In this document: one piece after another, positions 42,301-52,258 of the stretch
Layout of the letters: each line of letters opens with the position of its first letter
Numbering within the stretch: position 1 is the stretch's first letter
Program-made: the position numbers and the translations under genes
Source of the DNA: Bugula neritina
Taxonomy: Eukaryota > Animalia > Bryozoa
Assembly (NCBI GenBank): GCA_964035545.1
Contig: OZ037765.1
Span: forward strand, 2,914,001-2,978,000
Direction: 5' to 3'
Length of the DNA stretch: 64,000 nucleotides
The notes under the pieces: generated by a model
What the model saw: the letters and a program-made list of their open reading frames with translations, nothing else
Databases searched by the model: none
What the model was told of the DNA's origin: nothing

Positions 42301-45300
42301 TTAATAATCAACAAGTGGCGTGCTTTCGGATGGCGTGCTGGCAGCATTTGATTGGTTGATACTCAGCTGTGCACTAAGTCTACTGTACTCCAAAGTTACT
42401 CTCGGTATCCCAAAGTTGATGAAATCTTGTTCATTGAGACTCGTAGAGCAGTCTTCTATTATACCGTATCTGTATACACCCGGCCGAGAGAGTATTTGTA
42501 GTAGGTTCTCAGTCCGCATGGAACCTATGTCATGATATGATTGGCTCAACATGTCATGGGCCAAGTTTTCGTTGACTTCTGTTCGCCATTTTATCCAGAG
42601 AAAGATTTGTTGTATGCTGTTAGCTTTTTTGAGTTCCTTCTACAACATAGAGTATATACATAAAAGTCAAGTAAAATAATTGTATAGATAAGTTTAGATA
42701 AATTATTAGTTGCATAAGTATCAATAACCACATAAAATATGTCATAAAATTAAAAAAAAAACAAAAGATTTTGATGGCAAAAAAAATAGCTTTAACTGCT
42801 TTAACTAATGACTATAATAACTCAAATTATATATACTCATGCATGTTACCCATTGCGCAATCCATGCAGGGTAGATGACCCTAGTTAAAGCTGGTTAGCA
42901 GATATTATAATGGCAGTTTACTTCAGGAGTAATACATGCCTTTTTATAATATAAATTAAAACTTAAAACTCAATACTTTAAAATATCCTTTCACACATTC
43001 ACTTCAATTATTAACATACATACAAGATATCAGTTATCAAATTTAAATAAACACATTCATTTTTTATTCAAATAGCTTGTTGCTGTTTACAAAATAATAT
43101 TATAGCTACATGCAAACTAAAATAACTACGTTGACAGTTAATTGTATATTTACTTAAATTTTCTTTTAGCAAACACATACATGTGTTTATTCATTTAACT
43201 TATAATAAACATGTTTATTATAAGTTAAATGTTATTCAACTTATTAACTGAATCTAGTATCTCTTGTTTTGATTTGTATGCCAGACAGGATATCTTTACA
43301 ATGTTGTGTTACTTTGTAATGTGAAAAACTAAAATTAATAATTAAAAACATGTTATATATTCTTTTGGTATCATTACATTGAAATAATGCACTCAAACAA
43401 CACATTTCATTATCTATAATAATAATTTATACCAATAATTCTGTTTACGCAAAAAGTAACTCAGTAATTTTCATGCATACATACTAGTGTTTTTAACAAG
43501 TGCTGACAGAAAAATTTGCTTTAAAAAAGTTGGTTTCATGTGAGATTTCCGCATGTTTGCTGAGCTTGTCTTTAACAAAACCTTCATAGCTAACTAACAA
43601 AATAGTTTTTCACATTTGCTAAAAAGATAACTTTATTTACTTTTATCTGATAACTATGATTTTAATGTCAAGGTTTATCGACACTCAGTAACGGACATGA
43701 TTCTTAAGTTAGATTGATATGGTTAAGTTAACACAATTGTATTATGTATATTCACATGCTGCTTATAATGTAAGTTACCCCATACTGAATATGGGTGTAT
43801 CTTGGACAGTGTTTCTATTGTTTGCATGTCAGTCATTTATTATCAGCTGCACTAACATTATTATAATGTCAAAGATGTGGTCATGTATGCAACTGGATTA
43901 TAGCGCCAAATAAAAGTTTCTATTTTTCACTCTGCCTTAATTATTTGATGTATATAGCTGTGTTTATAGCATAAAATTAAACTATATTAACTTGCACCGT
44001 TAATTGATGCCGTGAAAAAAAGCAAGATTTTCAAAACTGAACGCTTTGTGTTTTAAATTGCTCAAATGTTGGACTATCTTGTAAAATATATCTTTTTCAA
44101 TCAATCAGAGTTCTAGTTGAAATAGAAGAAAGGTTTTGACTTTAGCCAGGAGTATGGAGATAGAGCCAAGACTAAGTTATAAGCTAAGATGGCAACCAGC
44201 AACATGTGTACAAACTGCAGATGATATTTATGAGGTATGCACCTATAATGAATACAACCTTCATATTACATGAAGTACAAGATAGTTCCACTGGGAATAT
44301 TATGTAACTTTAAATGAGTTTTTTAGTGTTACTACATTATTACTAATTATATTTTAGGTATAAGAACATATCAAACTTCTATAAGAATTTTTCAGCATGG
44401 TAAAAGTGCTATATTTTAGCCCTAAAGCACAATCAATGAAATTTTTACGAAGCATACCTCCTTTTCAGCCAAGGCATTTGCTGACACGGCTAACTCAAGC
44501 AGTTTATTTGTTTTACTGAGAGAAGACATGGATATGCCGGCAGTAGAGGTCAAGTTGGAGGTCAAGTTGGGGCTTTGACTTCTAACAGAATTTACTTCTT
44601 TCTTCTTGACTTTTCTTCTGTTCTTTTCACCTTGACTTGAGGTGTGATCCAATTGTAATGGACCTGGGTAATCTTGTCTGGGTAACCTTCATTCAATACA
44701 TAATATTGAAAGTCTCCATTTATATATATGGTATACAATCACATATTATATATAACATTTGTGCTTTTACCTTTATACTTTATACAGGTATATAATTCAA
44801 CCACAGTAAATCAATCTTTTATATATGTTGCTGTTTTGAGAAAACATAGCAGAGCTGCTGTGTTTCAGTAAAATAATTGATGAATCTCAATGCACCAACC
44901 AGTCAATGTAATAAATGATTTAAGCAGAAATATTTATAAGAATAATATTATAATTATGGTATAACATTGCCAACTGCATGCAGTTGTTCCAGATGTTACT
45001 GAGTTTGTTATAACATTACTATAAAGCACACTATTGTTATATGCAATACCTCATGCCTAATTTTCATTTCAACTTTCTATTAGCTAGTTATAGGCCTATA
45101 TTTACACATACTAATTTCATAGTTGAAATTCAGCTAATCAATGATTCAAAATGCAAACTTGTGCAACTTTTACAATTAGAATATTGTACAGCTGATTTGT
45201 TTAAACTACATGAATATAAGACATGGCATATATAAGTATATAGTTATGAAACTATAAATTGTCATAGTTACTACACATACTGTATATGTAATATTTGTCA

Positions 45301-45861
45301 ATGCATTCAACATTTGACTTTGCTACACCCATGCTGAAGTTAGCTACTAAGAAATAGAAGCTATGAGTTATACATTTCACTGACTGCAAACATCCTTATA
45401 TAAAAGATAATAGTAATTAAAAAATCCTAATACTAATAGAACTATAACATGTTTTACGGTTTTATCTTTGGTTTGGTGTTCCGTTCATCAAAACAATAGC
45501 TATACAATTGCTTTACTGTACTGCCCAGTAAACCATCATCTCTAAACCACTGAGGTATGCATGCACAACTTACTAACACCAGCCTATCTCCTGTATGAAG
45601 ATATTTAGTCAGTAACTACTACACTTTCATTTATTCTCCAAGATCCCGTTAAAGCGTTTGTTAGTATATCTAGGATAGTGCTGCTTTTCTTCACTACTAT
45701 AGTCTACTACTACTACTTGATAAACATTCCGTGAACACAGCTATATAACCTAGTACAAGCATATTGCACTCGTTCACCCAGCACTGCTAAACTTACCTTG
45801 GTGAAAAAGACATTTCAGTTATATTTAAATTGTCTACTATAGATCTCTCATCATCAGACAT
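42301..45861 (-). CDS. Uncharacterised 3-exon gene, ~210 aa
   Basis: Exons 45861-45797 (ATG, donor gtaagt), 44686-44458 (donor gtatgc) and 42639-42301 join in frame with no stop (633 nt). The exon-2 acceptor is weak. No family recognised. Confidence 0.55.
43192..43231. repeat. 40-bp perfect palindrome
   Basis: catttaacttataataaaca|tgtttattataagttaaatg. Confidence 0.9.
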
Positions 45862-46445
45862 CTTGTTATAAAACAAAGCTGGCTGCTAGCTTTTTCAACA
45901 AACACTTTACAATTGAGTATATGAATGTAGCTGCCTTATCTTTTATGGAACTTATGATTGATAAGGAAACCATAAAGATAGCACTGCAGTCACTCAATAC
46001 TAGCTATCACCCACTACAGCAACACGTTTTAGTTAATGTCATGAGTAATAAACGCTTTTTATTGGCTATTGGCGGGTATGAAGCTGGAGATGTGACAACT
46101 GATTGTAAACGCATTTACAAAACTGACCTCATAAATTTGTTTTACCTTTCAAAATGTAAAATAATCTAGTGGCATGTTTTGGCAATCTTGTATAAGTTAA
46201 TGTTGTCACTTGAAAGTCAAGCTAGATATTATTACATATACCTTTTTTATTTTGTAATGGGTTTAGAAAGAAAGCAACTATTTTCTTCAATATTGACATA
46301 TATTTTCAGTTATGTATAACCTACCAGAGTAATATATTTTCTAGTATAACAATGTAACAGTAAAAACAAGTTTTATCGTTTTTTTGCAATTAAAACTATA
46401 TTCGAATCACTACTATTTTAGCAGGTTAAAGATATTTGAATCATT

Positions 46446-46502
46446 TAATTGTACAGGCAGCATCTCAGTAATTGTACAGGCAGCATCTCAGTAATTGTAC
46501 AG
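46446..46502. repeat. 23-bp tandem repeat x2.5
   Basis: taattgtacaggcagcatctcag repeated perfectly. Confidence 0.9.
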
Positions 46503-46852
46503 AAATATCACAAAACAACTTTATTATTTAGAGAATAAATTGATTTTTAAAGAAATAAAACATATGAACATTGGAACAGAAATAATTTTGATGAGCTAAA
46601 AAGTTTTTTTTGTATAGCTTGTAGTTTTTGAGCAACAAAGTTTCTTGTTTGCATATGATAGTTTGAAAGACATGGCTGTATGCTCAAATGTAAGTTTAAG
46701 CAAAGCAGGTTCTGTGAGTTTGGTTAGATTATTAAATTTTTATTTATTGCATCAGATATGCATTATATAGCATTAGGATTGTACTTCAATGTTATTATAG
46801 CATCAAACTATTTTTAGTAAGAAGTTTTAAAATCAGCAAAGAGGTTGATGAC

Positions 46853-48124
46853 TTAGTAGCCTCTTCCTTCTTCCGTCAAATGCTTGTGCGCTCGGTGAGG
46901 TAACAACTGTCCAGGAAGTCTGAAGTAAAACAGTGCGAGATGAGTACAGAAAGCCAGAATCATTCTTCTCCTGTCTCCAAGAACTTTTTCATCAGTAAAC
47001 CGAACTTTCACGACGTGGAATTCAGAGTTGATTTTTGCTAGCACTCTTTTCTCATTCAGCGCTGATATGATCTCTAGGTTAAACTTAGGCTCGTTGTTCA
47101 GCATACCTTGCTCAGAGGGATGGACAATAACAGGAGCCTGTGTCCTTACTTTCATGTATGGGACCGGAGTCTCTGCCAATTTGGCAGTAGATGAAGGGTT
47201 GCTTTTGCTGCACATAGTGTAAGATCCTAAATCACAGCCGTTTTCTGAGTGTACAGTGATAATATCCGACCCGTTTGTCCTCTTACAAGAAATATCTGGA
47301 TACTCAGTTAGTCCATGAAACTTCATTACATCCAACAATAGTTCTACAATATAAACAACCCTCTTGGGTTTTGGGTGAATGATGTCCACATGTACCCTAC
47401 CGAACGTCGCCACCCCTTTGGAGTTTACGAATAATCGATCTCGACAAGAGCCCCGGATAATCAACTCATCAGTGCAGTCTAAAGGATGACACTGTTTAGC
47501 ACAACATACATTGTTGAAAAACATTGGCAAGTTTGTTAATTGGAACATGTTAAACTCTATGGCGAACTCCCTCAATGCGCTGGCTAGTACGAATCCTATA
47601 GTGACGGCAGAGCAAGAGCGACCTGGTGTTACCACTATCGATTCATATTGTTTGTCTAAATTGGCAATCAAAGCAAATTTATTAACAGAACGGTATTCTA
47701 TGTTGAAAGGTTTGTCGTTGACACATGTCCTGTGTAGAGACAGATTATTGCAAGACGCATCTGACGGATTGGTGAAAGTAACAAAGTTCTGCGATGCATC
47801 AGCACTTTTAGTTTGGCATATATCGAAAAAATAAGAAAAGCTCAATATGCCATTAGAACTGAAAGAATCTAGTTTACCAACTCCAACTTCATTTCCTAAT
47901 TCATCAGCTATTGTGATATTACTTAGAGAAGTAACTCCACTAAACTTCACGGTGCCTAAAATCCCAGCTTGCAAATCTAGTCGGATCAAATCGAATTCAG
48001 TCTCCTGGACATTGCAGTTATCGCTTATCTCATTCATTCGAAGAGCAAATTTCGTTGACATTAGACTCTCCAGAAACTTTTGTGTAGCCGACGGACCAGC
48101 CATGGGCACATGTTCTTGAGCCAT
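46853..48124 (-). CDS. Intronless 423-aa protein, phospholipid scramblase/Tubby-C-like; paralogue A
   Basis: Long ATG-initiated ORF in AT-rich surroundings, colinear with 48650-49888. C-terminal half resembles PLSCR motifs by eye (see findings). ORF reality is high confidence; the family call is moderate. Confidence 0.7.
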   Translation of the reverse strand: MAQEHVPMAGPSATQKFLESLMSTKFALRMNEISDNCNVQETEFDLIRLDLQAGILGTVKFSGVTSLSNITIADELGNEVGVGKLDSFSSNGILSFSYFFDICQTKSADASQNFVTFTNPSDASCNNLSLHRTCVNDKPFNIEYRSVNKFALIANLDKQYESIVVTPGRSCSAVTIGFVLASALREFAIEFNMFQLTNLPMFFNNVCCAKQCHPLDCTDELIIRGSCRDRLFVNSKGVATFGRVHVDIIHPKPKRVVYIVELLLDVMKFHGLTEYPDISCKRTNGSDIITVHSENGCDLGSYTMCSKSNPSSTAKLAETPVPYMKVRTQAPVIVHPSEQGMLNNEPKFNLEIISALNEKRVLAKINSEFHVVKVRFTDEKVLGDRRRMILAFCTHLALFYFRLPGQLLPHRAHKHLTEEGRGY

Positions 48125-48649
48125 TTTGATTCTATACTGCTTCTTTTTTCGATTTCAACTAATTTAAATTTTGCGTAGCAATTGTTTATAAAGATATTTA
48201 TAAAATTTTAAAAATTCTTATTGCTTAAATGTTTTTAATAATAGCTATATAAAATAGCAATATAAATTTCTGTTTATGAGTACACCAAATTCCAGCTCAG
48301 GCTAATGTAATTTGCATTTTTTAACATGGTCTCACTTTCATAATATAACATAATTTCTATATTTTATATATACAATTTATATATTTTCTCTACTCGTTAT
48401 ATCTATTTGCTTATTTGTTATAACTATTACAAAGTTTGTAACTTAACAAATGCAAAGAGCTGGAAACTGTTATCTTGAAAGATTAGCATTTTATTTTTTA
48501 TAAGTAAACTTGTAATAACAACTTTATTTATAAGAGCTTTTTTTAATTATAAAGAATCTGCAACATAATATTTTTGTCTCAAAGACTATCAACAATTTAA
48601 TTTAAGTTTTGATTATGTGTCACCATGTTACTTTTGTTGTTGAATGTTA

Positions 48650-49888
48650 CTAAGACTGAGAGTCAGATTTGTACTTGTAAGGTCTGTGGGGTATGAGTTG
48701 CCCAGGTAGCTTAAAATAAAACAGCGCAAGATTGGTACAAAATGCCATCAGCAGTGTCTTGAAGCTGTTTTCATTCAATTCTTCTGAGAGAGAAACTCGA
48801 ACCACGTAGTTTTCAAACACAATCTTGCACAGTGTACGACAGTTGTCAAACGCACTGACTACCAGCAAGTTAGATTTCATTTGACAGTTGATTTGATCAT
48901 CTCTGGATACATAAACAGAGGGAGGCAGGGCTTTCACATGAAAGTATGGAGTACTGAGACCAGGAATTAGTCCTACAGATGTTGGATCACTGCGACTAGA
49001 CATTGAGTAGCTGCCCACTTCCTCGCCGTCATAGCCGTGTACAGTAATCATGTTAGAGCACTCAGAGCGTTTACAATAGAACGGAGTGCAACCTTGCTGG
49101 TTGTTGAACTTGATTTGATGAGACATCACCTCGACAACATACAGCAGTCTGTTCTCCTTGTTCAGAGTAAATATCTCTGCATGTACTCGGCCAAATGAAG
49201 GCTTTCCATTCTGATTCATAGTAAACTGGTCTCTGCATGAAGCTCTAATAACCATTTCTGGCACAGGTACAGGAGGGGATAAGCACTTTTCCATCATATC
49301 CGTTGGCAGTGGTGTAGTCAGATACATTTTATAAGTGTAGAAATACTCTCTGATTGCAGCGACAAGAATACACCCAACAGCGTATTTAAAGATGCTTTTT
49401 CCTGGTGAAATGACAATAGCAGACTCTTGCCGATAGAGAGATGCTACTTCGGAGCTATCAAACAGTCTAAATATAGACTTTGTCGTATCGTTGATAATGG
49501 AGGGACGGATTATTATCAAATTACTTAAACATGGCCCACATGTTTGAACAAATGTTACCCCTTCTTGGGTTACACTTGCTTCCACGTTATCGGGGCAATC
49601 AAAGATGGTCAAACTTGAGGCTATTTGTGGATCACATGAATCAAAGTTAGCTTCACCTACTTTAGCTCCCTTTGGATCTACAAGAGTGATAGTTGATCCA
49701 AGTAGATGCACGGAGCCCAGCACTCCTGGCTCTGTGTCGGTCCTAATGAGCTCAAACTCTGTGCTAAATGCACTGCAGGAAGCGACAAACTTCCGGCAGT
49801 CAGCACGAATACCGAAACTTTGAGCACACAGACTGTTGAGGAATTCACTTGTCGCAGAGCTCGCTACAGATGCGCCACCAGCAGCCAT
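48650..49888 (-). CDS. Intronless 412-aa protein, phospholipid scramblase/Tubby-C-like; paralogue B
   Basis: Shares TEFxLIRxD, IRxSCRD, FGRVH, CKR and AFCTxLALFYFxLPGQLxPHR with paralogue A. Confidence 0.7.
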   Translation of the reverse strand: MAAGGASVASSATSEFLNSLCAQSFGIRADCRKFVASCSAFSTEFELIRTDTEPGVLGSVHLLGSTITLVDPKGAKVGEANFDSCDPQIASSLTIFDCPDNVEASVTQEGVTFVQTCGPCLSNLIIIRPSIINDTTKSIFRLFDSSEVASLYRQESAIVISPGKSIFKYAVGCILVAAIREYFYTYKMYLTTPLPTDMMEKCLSPPVPVPEMVIRASCRDQFTMNQNGKPSFGRVHAEIFTLNKENRLLYVVEVMSHQIKFNNQQGCTPFYCKRSECSNMITVHGYDGEEVGSYSMSSRSDPTSVGLIPGLSTPYFHVKALPPSVYVSRDDQINCQMKSNLLVVSAFDNCRTLCKIVFENYVVRVSLSEELNENSFKTLLMAFCTNLALFYFKLPGQLIPHRPYKYKSDSQS

Positions 49889-50250
49889 GTTGGAGTAGAG
49901 TTGAAACTAGTTTGTGAATTTATTTTTGGAATTCGATGACAATACAAAAATTGTGAAGCCAAGCAAATTTTTATTTAAACTGTCATAGAATTAAAAAGAA
50001 TTGTTGAATTAGAATAAAAACACAAAAGCAATGAAAATCTTAAATTATTTTCTAATATTCCAGTAGCTACATTATATAAATAATTTATTACACATACAAA
50101 ACTATCTTGTTTGTTTACTAAAAACATTATTTCGAACAAATTGATTGCTTTTGGGTTATCTTTGTGAAGTGCCATTTATTACATTTTACCTAAACATTTT
50201 TTAATAGTTTTTTATACAAATTATTTTTTTTTTATTTACATACTGCATTA

Positions 50251-50311
<61 letters not shown>

Positions 50312-50442
50312 CAATGCTCCTGGCTCCTAGGTGACCCCTAGAGTCATTTGAGCACTCTGGCTTGGGTTTACACACCTTTTAAATATGCTTTAGTAAAACT
50401 ATAAGTTTTACTATTGCAAAGGTGTGGGCCATGGTACTCTGT

Positions 50443-50489
50443 TCTGTGCTGATAAGGGGACAAATCCCGAACCAGCTGCTGTCCACAGA
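50443..50489 (+). ncRNA. Type I hammerhead ribozyme motif, copy 1 (core degenerate)
   Basis: tctgtg-CTGATAA-gggg acaaa tccc-GAAC-cagctgctg-TC-cacaga: perfect 6-bp stem I, but two core substitutions. Confidence 0.7.
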
Positions 50490-50713
50490 TTGAGATATTA
50501 CGCTCTCATTTAATGCTCAGCAATGACATTAAATGATTGAGCAATCTCACCATGGTCACAAACTCAAGCTGCTAGCATTTTGCAATGCTCGTGACTCCTA
50601 GGTGACCCCTAGAGTCACTTGAGCACTCTGGCTTGAGTTTACACACTTTTTAAATATGCTTTAGTAAAACTATAAGTTTTACTATTGCGAAGGTGTGGGC
50701 CATGGTACTCTGT

Positions 50714-50760
50714 TCTTTGCTGATGAGGGGACAAATCCCGAAACAGCTGCTGTCCACATG
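50714..50760 (+). ncRNA. Type I hammerhead ribozyme motif, copy 2 (intact catalytic core)
   Basis: CTGATGA (50720-50726), stem II gggg/tccc, GAAA (50740-50743), stem III acag/ctgt, GUC cleavage triplet ending at 50754. Stem I is weakened by a substitution and a 4-nt insertion. Confidence 0.8.
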
Positions 50761-50767
50761 CAGATTG

Positions 50768-50807
<40 letters not shown>

Positions 50808-51545
50808 TTAATAACATTATATAATTGGTTCATTAAAAACAAACTGGCATTTCTTTTTCATGCTACTTTTAGTTGCATTAATAAGGGTGGAGAATAAGAC
50901 ATCCCGTAATCACAGTTAATTTGACGTCAATGATAAGATAAAAACAAATAAATTTTGATCAAACATGTTGAAATAGTTTCAAGAATGTCAGCGTTTAACA
51001 AAATTCAAAACAACATAATTCAATTCTGCAAAGCAAACTCTAACAAAATCAGAACAAATTATAAACTGCATGATCAGCTGTTGTATCTGCTAAACCTGAT
51101 TAAGCCACTTGACTTAAATAGAAACAAGTGAAGACACAAAGTAGTACGCTACAAAACAATAAATATGCATAAGGGGTTTAACCGTGGTCCATTCACTTGT
51201 TAAAACCATGAAACTCTTAAGCTTTTAAGAACATTTGATTCTTTTTTTATTTGCAACTATTTTGCATTACGACAGCATAAGCTTCATTGTGATATTATGC
51301 TAGCGCCATGCTTCTATAAACTATTGTTTTATAACTAGCAATTGGTGCAGATAATTTTAAAAATATCAAAATCATTCTCACATTGTGGGAGAAAGATAAG
51401 ACTTGGAACATTTTCAGAGCAGTTCAATTGTTTTGGAAGTGCGCGTATCGAAATATATATAATTTACTTGCTGCTTCCGAAAGTTTGTATTGCTGTACTG
51501 ATAACAAATGAAAGAAAAGTTGTATGGTGTGTTGTTCACTCAGTG

Positions 51546-51612
51546 GTCCCTAGAGTGTAATGGTTAGCTTGCCTGCTTTCGGAGGTCTCGAGTTTGAATC
51601 CCAGTAGGGGCA
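51546..51612 (+). mobile_element. tRNA-derived SINE-like head (degenerate)
   Basis: gtgtaatggttagc...gcctgctt...ggtctcgagtttgaatcc...ggggcaaaattatttt; same family as 31893. Confidence 0.6.
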
Positions 51613-52258
51613 AAATTATTTTATGTGATTACTGATATTATAAAGGGTTAAAAATAGCTATTTGAAAATATAGTGTTATCTCGCTTATGCTATATAAAAT
51701 TTAAATTGAAAAAATAATTGAACAAAAAGTGACAATATATTATCACTGCATGTGATTTGTATAACAACGTTTACATTGGTATTCCATATTGATAAGCACA
51801 GAAATCGAAATGTCAAAATACAAGTCAACCTGTGTTTACGAGCTCACTTTTTTAAACAGCTGTAATATTACATATGTGACACCACCCTGAGTACAAACCC
51901 AACGCATTTAATAGCTTTATTCAATATATTATTTCAAGAAACATATAATTTAAAATTATATGTATGCAGTTTCTTTATACTGTTCATAACTATCACACTT
52001 ATAATAGAAACTAATAAATTTAGAATATTATATTTAATTATATATCATACATTATTCCTAATAGAAATATTTCTGTCATCTCACTGATAAATACAATTTA
52101 TAACGAAAAGCAAACGCATTGGAAATCACAAACTTAAGTAATAGCAACTATATATTGAGGTGTACAGATTATAGGCCTTATGAATATTGCGCACAAAACT
52201 GCTCTAACTAAGGTATCTTTTTCAAAATCCTGTTGACTCTCGTGATTAGCTATTGGTG

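Larger units (their letters stand above)
50309..50770 (+). mobile_element. Retrozyme-like 271-bp tandem repeat (1.7 units) inserted in a (TA)n microsatellite
   Basis: 50311-~50497 repeats at 50582-~50770; TA runs at 50253-50308 and 50770-50802; each unit carries a hammerhead motif. Confidence 0.8.

Noticed and set aside
47028-49939. Plus-strand ORFs overlapping the two scramblase-like genes; likewise 604-885 on the minus strand
   Set aside because: Antisense shadows of real coding sequence.
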